Origin: Phoronis australis
Taxonomy: Eukaryota; Animalia; Phoronida
Direction of reading: 5' to 3'
NCBI GenBank assembly: GCA_002633005.1
Contig: NMRA01000172.1
Span: forward strand, 65,825-129,824
DNA length: 64,000 nt
This document shows positions 51,823 to 64,000 of the stretch, in pieces; position 1 is the stretch's first letter, and each line of letters starts with the position of its first letter. The notes below the pieces were generated by a model that did no database searches, was not told the DNA's origin, and worked only from the letters and a program-made list of their open reading frames with translations. The translations under genes were made by a program, and so were the position numbers.

Positions 51823-54800
51823 ATGTCCCTTATTGCCAACAACTGGGCAGTTCTTGGAAGTTTAGCTGCTGCTGTTGTCACTGGAATTTATGTGTTCTGG
51901 GGACCAAGCGAACGAAAAAAACGAAATAAAAGAGGTGATTCAAAGAGATAGAAACAAATCAAGCAAAGGCATGCGTTGGAGTCTGTCAGTGTTTCTGTCC
52001 TGTGTTCAAAACTGTTGACATGCTAACACCTTTTAACCATTCTCGTATATATAGGCATTTTGATTTTGGTTTTCCAAGTATACCTGTAATTCGGCATGAT
52101 AGTTTCTACACTGGAATAAATGTTGAGGATATATATTTATTTATTAGCCAGCGATATTGCTTATTTGTCATGTGTCATGGCATGTGATCCAAAATCAATT
52201 AAAATTAAAATATTAACATGCAGTTGATAAGGATAGCAGATCCACAAAACTATGTGTAACAACAATGACAACAAATGATAGTAATTACTTCTTTCAGACT
52301 CTTGTCCTGGGCTAGTGAACCTAGGCAACACATGTTTTCTCAACTCCGTGCTGCAGAGCTGGGCATCCTGCCGGTCTTTGACTCACTGGCTTGGAGACTT
52401 CATTGACAGAAAGACTGACAAGGAGTATTCACAGTACTTGGCTTTTAGGATAGTTAAAGCACTAAAAGGTCATTAAGTAGATCAAAGCTCACGAGGTGGT
52501 GCTAGGGAAACATTTAGCCTTGGCGTTATATACTTAATATACAGCTTTGCGCTTCTTCCACGAGGTTGCATACATGTCGCAACATATTACTGGAACTGGT
52601 TTCATTTCGTTACAAGTTTTTAGTATTTTAATACTAGGAAACAGAATTTCAGAACAAACTTTGCTGCTACGAATATGTCATCATCTCTCAAGAGATGTCA
52701 CAAAGAATTTAGGAAATGGCGTGAGCGTGTGTGGTAAGCATACTGTTTTCAAAACGACAAAAGACTTTTCTTTGTTAAAAAAGGCAGAGAATTACTTAAG
52801 AAAATGATGTTTATTCACATTAACGGCTGCAACGGACAGGGTGAGTGTCGGTTGACTTCCAGATTTTGCATGCACCCCCACCGGTCTTAAGCTCTACATG
52901 TAAATACAAGCTTTATGGCAAGGTGACGAGCATAACTACAATGGCTGTTTGCAATTTCAAGGTCTGTCGGCACTGAACACACAGTGTTACCTAGCTGTAT
53001 TTTGATGATAGCTGGCTAGCTAAGGAAACAGTGGGTTCTAACTTTGAAGTTGCTGGCATTGAGGTAGGTAGACAGTACCACAGTCTCAACTGGCCCAACT
53101 AGAGATGTGGCTATCCTGCCGAGCTTTTTGGCGAATTATGCTTTACACTGATTAAACCATCGAAGTAATGTTTCTATAAGTACCTTTTGCGCACAGAGGT
53201 ACACCTTAGGAGGCCGTTGATATCTTCAACTCTTCCCGGCTCGAGCAAATACTACTGCAAGCAAACTGTTTTCAAGCAGTTATTCATTCTGTTGCCAAAA
53301 TTGGAAACTAGCCATTTTTACACTGCTCGTGCCATGTAGCATGACATCATGTCCTACCAAGAAGCGTCGGGATGTACAGCAACCCTATCGGATGACCACT
53401 GTCCCTACTGAGGCCAGTTGAGATGGTGGTACTGTCTACTGTATGGGGCTTGTATTCCATAAACACTAATCCGTACTAGTGATTATGTTTTTCTTCAGAT
53501 TATTATAAGTAGATCCTTTCTACATTAGCACCACCTTCAGTTGGGAAATATCAAATCATCCATTGTCTATGTTTTGTTGTTGTGTTTTATGTGACTGTAA
53601 TGCCATGCATACAGTGACATACTTTGATTTTTCGAAAAGGTAATATTTTCATCCGCTGATGGGAACTTCACAATATTCTACACTGATGAAAATCTGGATA
53701 GTTAAAGCTAGTCTGTCTTCATGATGCTAATTTTTAGAAACAGTGAGCTCTTGAACTGTGGAGTACTGTTTGCATTTGTGGCTAAATGTTTTTAAAAATT
53801 TCAGTAATCATAACAAAGTGATGATTTGTATGAAAGGATAAGGTTCTTTGGCTTTATTTTAAAAATGGTGTTCAGACGCCTGACGTGAACATTGTGTTGT
53901 GAGTGAGTGAAGTTCTCTTTTCTGTTAGTCTGGAAACTGCTGCACTGAGCTATTCCTGCAACAAAAACGGTATACCACCGACTAAATATATTCTTATAAA
54001 TGTGCCATACTGCAAAGCAGTGTGAAAGCTGATGAAATGCAAACTCTTCCCTGTGACACGTTAATGTAACCACTGTTAACAAATTTTTATTGTTTTTGTA
54101 TGTTTGAGCTTGCTTTGTATGTACTTCGTATTACGAACTTCAAGTATTATTAGTCGCATTACCATTTAGACGGCTTTGTCCAGGTGAGGTTTGTCCGAAA
54201 AATAGTGATTAAATTTGTACCTGGTGTTGTGTTATTGTGCATGGTAAGACAATTTGATGGCATACAGCTTGCCTCAGACATGCAAAATGACATCAATTGT
54301 CAGCTTCAATATAGAAAGGAAATTGAGTGTTTTAATTTTCATGTTTTCTGTGTCGTGTCATCCGTTTGTTTACTTATTTCAGTGCTTAATAACGAAAGTC
54401 TTGATAACAACGACCCCTATAATCCAGCTGACATAGTGGAATCGTTAAGAGCTCATAGATGGATCATTAACTCTGACGAGCAGGTAAGTCAATGCAACCA
54501 GTCTATTTTTATGCGTCCACATAATGTCTGGTTGTATATTGCCGTCTGAGCCTCCGCTGCTGTATCTCCTAAACCCTTGCAGGATCTTAATGAGATTTGT
54601 CAGATGTGTTCCTATGATACTGACGATAGGTGACTACGAGATTGATCTGACTACTGCTGTGCCCCCTAGTGACAATTTTATTTTTTACGTTTGCCTCTTT
54701 GTCTTTGAACATGGTTTTTCATGAAATTTGGCCAACACAGGGGCCAATGTGACAATGCAACCCTGGACTTTGTTTGGATGTCTGGTAAAAATCTCAACTG

Positions 54801-57800
54801 GCCACTGAGCCATCATGCTACATCTAAGTTAAATAATGTTAATCCTTTCTGGGATATTTGTGAAAATTTGCAAGGGTTTTCCTACAAATGTGAATTGGGT
54901 TGCCCATGACTTAGGACAGCTTTTACTACACTAGTGGCCATTCTAATTTTTAATTTTGTTTCTGCATCCTCAAGAGTTCCTTGATGATGGTTTTTCATGA
55001 AATTCGACAAACAAGTTTCTCGATGATAGCCCTTTCCATTTTGGGATGGATTTGACATGTTCTGCTCCATCTAGAGGCCATTTTTAATTATTTTTTTCAA
55101 GTCTGTTTTTGTCGTCTGCTTCAGTATCCACAAAACCACTCAAAGAATCATTATAAATGAAAATTGGCAGATGTGTTCCTACACACAAGAGGCCGACTGA
55201 CATTTTATTTTCAGATGAATCCAGTTATTGTAGTGCCCTCTAGAGGCATTTTTGGCTATATATCCTAATCCCCTTTGCAAAATCTTTTACAAGTGTATTC
55301 CTGTTAACTTGACAACAGACGGACATATCTGATTACTGCTTTTCATCCTAGTGCCATTGTATCTTCTTTCATGTTTGCTTCTGTCTGTATCTTTGGAATT
55401 TCTTGACAGCGACTATAAGTCAAGTCTATGAAATATAACTTTCCTTTGTCCTCCTACTGTTTACAATATATCATTTTTTAACTGCTGATAGTCATTTGTC
55501 ACCTAACTACTGAATGTTCTTTTGTCATTTTTTTCTGAACAGGATGCCCATGAACTATTCCACGTGTTTACGGAAACTTTGTCTGAGGAGATCTCTCAAT
55601 ACCCCAGTGTAGTGTCAATCCTGGATGTCAAGTCACTGCAGGTATTTTTAGAGTCTGTAACTTTCGGTCAAAATCACCTGAGTGAATATCATTTATTTTT
55701 AAGGATATGCATGTGCAGATATCATCAAACCTGGTTTGAGAATTTCATTCTTGTGTTGTTTTTAATAGTTTTTACCATGGATCATAGGCAACAGATTTGC
55801 AACTCCGATATTTTCTTATGAAACTCAACTTCTGGATAGTGAGCAGACAATGTATATGCCCGATGTAAAACTATTGAATAGTGTTAGTCGGGATTTTGTA
55901 CTTTGGGAATACACAGACCTGGTGGCCCATGTACTATATAGTCTATGGTATAACATGATGCGCGCATGTGTCTTAACTGATATTATTTGATCACCAATGG
56001 TCACTGATTCTTTCCTGTCAAAGTGATTACAATTTTTTTTATCATTGCCTTTTAGACAGAATTCAATGTCTTAAAGTATTTCAAATCACTGGTCACTGAG
56101 CTTAATATGCTATTCCTCCTACCAGCGTACTGCCACACATAGTCAGTCTGCCAAGTCAGCCAGCACCAGACAGCAGTGTTCTTTACCTGTACTCCCCTCC
56201 AGAACAGAATGTAATCACCCATTTAAAGGTGCCTTGGCCAGCCGTCTGCAGTGTTGTCGTTGTGGTCACAAGGTATGTGTAGAATAGATGTGGTCCTGTT
56301 AATGTTGTCATAGTCTTTTGGAAACGCCAAAATAAAGATGACCTACTGCTAAATGTTGAGAAATGTTCGAAGTGCACGCTGGTTCTATCCCAAACCTTGT
56401 GATGTGTATTCAGATTTTAATTTACAATTAGCCATAGTCAGATTTGAACAAGACTTTGTATTTGAGTTGTGTGCTAATATGCTTCTTTTCCACTTACAAA
56501 CGAAATACGAAAATTATAAAATAAGATTATCAACTTGCATAAACTCATCTCAAAAATTCCTTTCTATGAAAGCACTTATTGCTTTCTACCATCAAAAGCT
56601 AATGAGAGATCAGCTGCCATAGTTACGTAGTTGCTTTTTGACCCTCAGTTCTGCTTGCTGATGCTTCTCAATACTCTGATTGGCCACTTTAAATTAGTTT
56701 CCTGCTCCTAAATACTCTGATTGGCTGCTTTGAATTGGTGTCTTGCTTCTGAATGCTCTTGTTGGCTACATGGCTACTTCAGTATCCTCTATCGTATAAG
56801 GTTGAAAGGTCTTTATCAGGGAGCCCCACACTTAACATAATGTCCACACACTGAGTAAGATTTGGCAAAATTCCCTGGTTGCTTAACAGGAACTGAGGTC
56901 GCCAAAAGGAGGAAACCTTGGGGAATTTCAAAAGTCCTGGTCCCTACAAACCATGCATTGTTGGTAGCAGCCAAAAATGAAATATTAAATGAAATACCCA
57001 AAGTGGAATACTGTGAATTCAGCAAATGTCTGCTGGTGCTAACAAGATTGCCAGACAGCATGTATTTTATTTTTTTAGTCAAATGGAATATTTGAAGTCT
57101 CACGTGCTCAATAATGACCAATCTCCTCTCAGCACCTAGTATCCCATGCAGGCGTACCTCCTAAGGCAGAAGCAGATAATCTGCATGCATTACATATGCA
57201 TGAATTATAAACAGGACCCTTCTTATTTTTGTCAAGCTATTACGTCTTCTGTCGCTTTGCTTCCTGAAGTTTTTTGAATGTCTGTGTGGTGACTTTGGCA
57301 ACCTGGGATTTTTACCAGTTCTCCAGCAAAGTCTGAGGTCTCATTGACGACCTGCAGGTCACCAAATTGAGCCCTGCTTTAGACAATTTTATGTAATTGA
57401 AAAGTCTGTTTTATCATTGAAGTCGAATTATGCTCCTTTTGATTTTCCACCATCAATATCAATAAAGGCCCCCTCTGTAGCTCATTAGGTCTACAACAGC
57501 TAATAATGCCTATGACTAGAATATAAATCGTGTCTGTCAAGTAGACGCTATTCATTTTGTGTGGTATGTTGTATATGGCTCATTTTCATAATTTCCATAT
57601 TCCTTCTTTTTGCAGTATCCCGTGAAATTTGATAGTTTCGACAGCTTGTCTCTAAGTTTGCCAAACAGTGCAGTGGTAAGAAAAACGCGTGTGTAATAAA
57701 GTTGCAGCAGTAGTGAACTTGAGTGCTTTCTTCCAAAAATCATGTTTCGGTTTAGGCCACTTGCTGTTATAAAATTGGTCTCATATTGGTCCTTAGTCAA

Positions 57801-60800
57801 ATTTGAGGTGATTCAGGGCTTGGAAAGAACTCTCTCATTTTGTTATTTCTTCAGATCAGGCTCGTAAAACTTAATTGGTTTGGACAGAAAACATAATCCA
57901 TCAGTTCGTCTGTAGCCCAGAGGTCTCTTCAAAACTGAGGATTAATAAAATAAGACTACTTCTATAAAGCTAAGTGACACAAGTCAGAACTCATTTTTTG
58001 ACAGAAGGCATAGGTTTAACGCCGACACAGTATTCTGTGTGGTGCTAAATTATTCTCTTTTGATTATTGGTATTAAGTGAAAAACATAAAGCTATTATGG
58101 TATAGGGGAGTTCATGCGATAAAAATCCTGGGTAAATACCTAGTAAATGCATACCTTCTTTAGGTAGAATCATTGTTTCTTTAGTGCCACTTAGAGAATT
58201 CGAAGCTCCTCGTCTGCACAGACGGCCACCATTTTCACAGCCAGGTTTTAAAAATTGAATTATGCCTTCTAAGTTGAATTGGTTAGGAAATAGATTATTT
58301 TATTAAAAATAGACTGAAAGAGCTCCATGCCATGGGAAACTTCTTACCTTGGCCCAAGTTTTCTCAACTGATTTTGGTACAAACTATATGACTCATGATT
58401 GGAGAAAATTAAAACATGACATGCAGTATAAATCACAGTGATTTTTGATGACTGATTCATTATAATTGCTATGCAATCTTTTGTTTACATTCTAATCACA
58501 TTTGTTCCATTTGTCATGTGACTGTACCTGGATTATAAAAGCTATTGGTTATATTACTTCATGGTCATGAATGAATGATCGGGCAAAGCTCTGTTTCAGT
58601 ATCCTTTTACTTTGGACCAACTGCTCAGGCGTTTCGTCTCCACGGAAACAGTTCCAAGTGTTAACTGTGAACGTTGTTCTAAGGCTCGACATACCTCAAG
58701 TGCTCCTGAGGTTTCCAGGGCTACACAGATTCCGTTTTCTAAGAGCCTTGCTATTGGAAAGGTCAGTAGACTATGCAGGTTATGTCAACTGCTGATTGGT
58801 GACATGTCAACAGTGTGTAAACTACATAGAACTTCTTTAATAGTTTTTATTTACAATTCCGTCTGTTCATGTCAGTTGTGATTACAACACATTAACCTAA
58901 ACAGTTGAATCTGGAAATGCTTTTCAATTATCGTTCATTTTCTGGTAAGTGTGGTAATTTTTGTTTTGAATTTCAATCCAATTTCACTCTAGCTCCATAC
59001 ACTGGATTTTCCGATTTTCCTGCTGTTTTTGTTGGTGGTCTAAGGCCTGTCATTTGTAGTTTGGTAGTTCTTGTAAACATGCAATGCAGCTGCGACAGGA
59101 GCTGCATATTTTGAAATTATTACCAGCCTAATTGTTAAAGGGTTAGTACTGGTCCTAAAAATTCACTGTCTGCAAAATTGTTATCGTATGTGAATCATGA
59201 CAAAAAAGAGGAACATTTTCTGGGTGATTTATCGTTCTACAATTAAAGAGGCTCATGTGATAGAAATAGTTTTTGTGACCTGAAATTCAACTGCAAAAAA
59301 TGCTTTTTGCATGAATAAAGTCAAAATAATGACAAAAAAGATGAAAAAAGATTAATCTGGAAATCAAATAAGAGGAAATTGAAACCAAAAAAGAGGAAAT
59401 CCTCTTAAAATAGGAAAATTCCAAGCCCTGCAGATGGTCAAACGGTTAAGCCAACTACAGCTCTAGGTTTATCCAGTTTCTTCACATGATCGTGAGCAGC
59501 CATGCCGTCTCCATGGACTCGACATTATTGGCAAAGAGTCTAATGGGCACTGACGGAAGATCAAGGAATCTATTAAGATTCATACTCGACGCACCCCGTT
59601 GAACCATAGCCTAGGTGGCAACTTATATCCCATGTACTGTCTACTGCTACTTAACAATGAAAGCGCGGCTGGTATCTCAGTCGCTGACAAAAGCTGATAG
59701 TATATGCTAAAGAAACGTATTTACTTGTTTCAAATTGATTTCAGTTACTATGTCTCCTTTTTCTTATTGCTTAAGGCATGTTCTTATAATGTGTAGTCAT
59801 TTAAAATTTTAGCATGTGTTTTTCAAAGAACAGATATAGATTAAAATGTTATTAAAAAAATTTCTGTACTAACGTCTTTTTGATGCTTTGTAGTTGCCAC
59901 AATGCCTGTGCATTCACATCCAGAGGACGGTGTGGCTCGACAATGGCATGCCTATGAAGAGGTTTGAACATGTGCAATTCCCGGAGATTCTCTCTATGGA
60001 TGACTATGTACATCATAAGTGTTCTCAGAGAACTGTGTATGGGGGACTACTGTTTGGTGGCAGGGCCTCCTCTGAAAGGTAGAGATTTTGTTGGGAGTTA
60101 GAAACTAGTCGTCTTAACTTGATGTTTTGATTTTCGATCTCTGGGACCTACTGACGTCAGCATAAAGTGTAAGATTATGTCAAAACAAACCTACAACATA
60201 TACACACCATTGACACAGCTCCATAACGAACCACTATTTTTGCCAGTTTGTCGCTATTTTAATAGACATCTGCATTGTATTGTTGAGTCGAATAAAACGT
60301 GCCCACATTTTTCGCAATTGCATAGAGAAGTTACTGGGTCAAAATCAATGTTGCGCTGTCAAGTACTTATTTCAATCAAAGTCAACAGGGTTTCACGAAC
60401 ACAATCATCATCATATTCTGAAAGTTTGGTGCAGATCCGTTGCCTGCTTTTAGTTATTAGTTAATCTGACAAGCTTAACACTGCAACATTCAAACATCAG
60501 TCAAGAATCTGGTAAACCTAATAGACCTGTTCAGGACTTGAAATGACATGTGGTTCTACAAATAGCTTTATGCAATTGAAATAGTTTTTGTTTATTTGTA
60601 AAATTTATTTGCTAGAAACATTTTTGTATGAAAAAGTAATGAAAGACAAAAAAGGAAAAAATGAAATCGAAACTACGTAAGAGGAAATCTTCTGAAGAGG
60701 AAAGCACAAGCCTCACCTAATGAAGTTGTGGTAGAAACTTTCTGTATTCTATTTGTCAGGTATTTGGAATGTGAAACAGGGAAAAGTGTAATCAGGTTGC

Positions 60801-61569
60801 CATCCAGTCTTGCTATCTGAACCCATTCCCCTATCTCATTCCCCAATTTTCCCTCGAGTAACAATTGTTTGGCGATCTGTAGTTGCCAAAATGGGCTTGT
60901 GATCAGAGCCAGTTTGCATGAAACTTCATAGGTCTCATTGCTGAATGTTGCCAAATTGGGTCTTTCAAAAATTGGAAATAATGGGGAATGGTATAATGTA
61001 TGTATTGTTATGAAGTGTACAGCTTTCATGCAGCCAAATTTAGGAAACTTGTTGCCTTTTACAGAATTCCATCTCAGGTTGGCATTCCTGTTACGCCCAA
61101 TGCTGGTCTGGTCAGTGGTATTAAGACTCAGCAGACGGACTCCAGTCGTACAGGACAGGTATTGAATAACACGTCCAGTGAAGAGACTTGTCAACTAGCT
61201 GGACAGGAAGTTGGAGTGAAAGGTGATACTCTTGATGAAATATCCGGCAGTCAAAAACTGTGCCACAGCTTGCCAGTGTCTGGTCAAAGTGTACCATCAG
61301 TTTTATCATTACCGGCAGAGAAACTGGGAAATGAAATGACACAGCGCTGCATGTCCCAACAAGAAAAACTCTATCACCTGGTGTCTGTAGTTTGCCACAT
61401 GGGTGATGTGTTGTCTGGACATTTTATCTGTTATCGACGCACACCTCCAGTCGGTGGAGAGCTGAGTAGGATTTGGCTGAGAACGTCAGATGAGTTAGTT
61501 ACGAGAGTGGATATCTCCGAAGTATTGATGTCAACTGCTTACCTACTGTTTTATGAAAAAATGACTTGA
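51823..61569 (+). CDS. USP30: Ubiquitin carboxyl-terminal hydrolase 30 (mitochondrial/peroxisomal membrane-anchored DUB), 9 exons, ~513 aa
   Basis: Exons: 51823-51934, 52298-52468, 54383-54483, 55543-55641, 56126-56272, 57616-57675, 58600-58761, 59894-60078, 61065-61569. Frame is continuous (1542 nt). N-terminal TM anchor ending GIYVFWGP plus basic patch; Cys box GLVNLGNTCFLNS; EQDAHELF; HPFKG; LPQCLCIHIQR; His box VVCHMGDVLSGHFICYRR; WLRTSDE (USP30-type Ser). Confidence 0.94.
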
Positions 61570-61807
61570 AAGGAATGTATGCAGCTAATGTCTCTCTTCC
61601 TCACATTGAGGATCCATGTTGGAACAACCTGTTGTACTTACTTGGTGAATAAAATAAATAAGTTAACTGCATTATTTATTTGAATGAGCCAAATTCAAAT
61701 TTCATACAACAACTTAACACCACAATACAAATTTTGTAAAACAGTACGCCTGGTCCGCTCAGTAATAACTAATAATCTGAACCACGAAGTTCATAACAAC
61801 ATAATAA

Positions 61808-64000
61808 ATGTTAGTAAGTTATGCTAACAGAAAGATAAAAGGAGTTTTGTTGGCTGGATACGAAGTACCTCAGAATGACTGGATGTTTCAAAATCTCCCT
61901 TGAAGAGAACACCAGTGTGTAACATACATTGGTGGAGGTGTCACTCACTCCTACTGGGGTGGGAGTGACTTGATGTTTCAAAATCTTCCTTGAAGAGAAC
62001 ACTAGTGTGTGACATACATTGGTGGAGGAGTCACTCACTCCTACTGGGGTGGGAGTGACTTGATGTTTCAAAATCTCCCTTGAAGAGAACACCAGTGTGT
62101 GACATACATTGGTGGAGGAGTCACTCACTCCTACTGGGGTGGGAGTGACTTGATGTTTCAAAATCTCCCTTGAAGAGAACACGAGTGTGTGACATACATT
62201 GGTGGAGGTGTCACTCACTCCTTCTGGGACGGGTTACACATCACACAAGATCCATATTTTTTTATTGATTTGTTTTTTAAAGGTAATCCACTTTCATACT
62301 TCCATAAATGTCAAACATGTCTGGCACTTTCGTATTTTCGGAACCAAAATCTTTTGAAACTTGGGGGGTCCATTCAATTGCATTTGTGGAATTGTATTAT
62401 TTGCCTAACTTTGCACATTAACCTAACAGGGCAAGCTCATTTCAAGATGAGAGCTTCGCACAGAAGCCTGTGTTGTACACGGGACACCCCAATCTTTTCA
62501 TAACGGAATGAAGATCACTAACTCAATTTGAAAATGTATTTTTTTACGATACTTCACATACCCAAAATTTCCAACGATAGATAGAAAAACCCACAACTTT
62601 TGCAATCACTACTGTGTCCTTTGCTATTGATATCAACCAGCAACCCAAAGTTAAAATTTTGTGTCCTCCAAACATGTCAGTCTCTAAGTAAAACCTAATA
62701 ACCTGTGAATAACAGTTTCTGTTAACAATCACCTGTTTCAGGTGTCAATGAATCAACACAAGACGATTTTAATTAATTGCGTGTGGTAATTCCATTGAAA
62801 TGGTGATGTGTAGATATTATCAAGAGATAACAGCATGAGTGAGGTATGGTTAACACAACAAACGCACCATAATTCAAACATCTGTGAAAAACAAAGTACA
62901 TCACAACAGGGCTGTACCAGATTACCCAGTGACAATCTCATAATTACCCGCAATGTTGTAATATCCGTCAAGCACTTATGTAGTGCCACGGTTTTCACAC
63001 CATTGGAGTTCCACATGTTCTTTTTTATATTCTTTACGTCAAGGTCTTCTTTGCTCTATTGCACTNATGTTAGTAAGTTACACTAACAAAAAAGATAAAA
63101 GGAGTTTTGTGGGCTGGATACGAAGTACCTCAGAATGACTGGATGTTTCAAAATCTCCCTTGAAGAGAACACCAGTGTGTGGCATACATTGGTGGAGGTG
63201 TCACTCACTCCTACTGGGACGGTTACACATCACACATGATCCATATTTTCGTTTTGATTCGTTTTTTAAAGGTAATCCACTTTGATACTTCCATAAATGT
63301 CAAACATGTCTGGCACCTTCGTATTTTTTCGGAACCAAAATCTTTTGAAACTTGGGGGGGGGTCCATTCAATTGCATTTGTGGAATTGTATTATTTGCCT
63401 AACTTTGCACATTAACCTAACAGGGCAAGTTCATTTCAAGATGAGAGCTTCGCACAGAAGCCTGTGTTGTACACGGGACACCCCAATCTTTTCATAACGG
63501 AATGAAGATCACTAACTCAATTTGAAAATGTATTTTTTTTACGATACTTCACATACCCAAAATTTCCAACGATAGATAGAAAAACCCACAACTTTTGCAA
63601 TCACTACTGTGTCCTTTGCTATTGATATCAACCAGCAACCCAAAGTTAAAATTTTGTGTCCTCCAAACATGTCAGTCTCTAAGTAAAACCTAATAACCTG
63701 TGAATAACAGTTTCTGTTAACAATCACCTGTTTCAGGTGTCAATGAATCAACACAAGACGATTTTAATTAATTGCGTGTGGTAATTCCATTGAAATGGTG
63801 ATGTGTAGATATTATCAAGAGATAACAGCATGAGTGAGGTATGGTTAACACAACAAACGCACCATAATTCAAACATCTGTGAAAAACAAAGTACATCACA
63901 ACAGGGCTGTACCAGATTACCCAGTGACAATCTCATAATTACCCGCAATGTTGTAATATCCGTCAAGCACTTATGTAGTGCCACGGTTTTCACACCATTG
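61808..64000. repeat. Tandem duplication (61808-63065 / 63067-end) joined at a single n; probable haplotype assembly artefact
   Basis: atgttagtaagtta starts both copies; n at 63066. Confidence 0.85.
61876..62222. repeat. 90-bp VNTR, ~4 units
   Basis: Unit gatgtttcaaaatctcccttgaagagaacaccagtgtgtgacatacattggtggaggagtcactcactcctactggggtgggagtgactt; a single unit in the duplicate copy (~63137-63218). Confidence 0.9.

Larger units (their letters stand above)
44629..54188. repeat. Tandem duplication (~44629-50052 / ~50221-54188) joined at a single n; probable haplotype assembly artefact
   Basis: Colinear copies, both ending ...tgtccaggtgag; n at 50053. Confidence 0.85.

Overview
Eukaryotic, AT-rich, intron-rich animal genomic DNA, probably an invertebrate bilaterian (taxon is an inference). 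I reconstructed four spliced protein-coding genes exon by exon from GT-AG boundaries and frame continuity. They form two head-to-head pairs. Pair 1 is ECI2 (- strand; ACBP + enoyl-CoA isomerase, ~394 aa, C-terminal AKL) and CDYL (+; chromodomain + crotonase, ~655 aa). Pair 2 is MAPKAPK5 (-, ~475 aa) and USP30 (+, ~513 aa). The most notable observation is that the ECI2 and CDYL start codons are only 38 bp apart around an NRF1-like palindrome. Their crotonase domains are paralogous and share four intron positions and exact exon lengths, and this CDYL keeps the ECI2-type Glu (QTPEG). The locus looks like a preserved record of CDYL arising by inverted duplication of ECI2. Three near-identical tandem duplications each abut a single 'n' (6031, 50053, 63066) and are most likely haplotype assembly artefacts. 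They reveal a polymorphic 1.5-kb foldback transposon with a 9-bp TSD and a 90-bp VNTR. Introns also contain a decayed THAP-domain gene, a Penelope-like fragment, several MITEs and minisatellites. Most ORFs in the supplied track are spurious or are partial exons.
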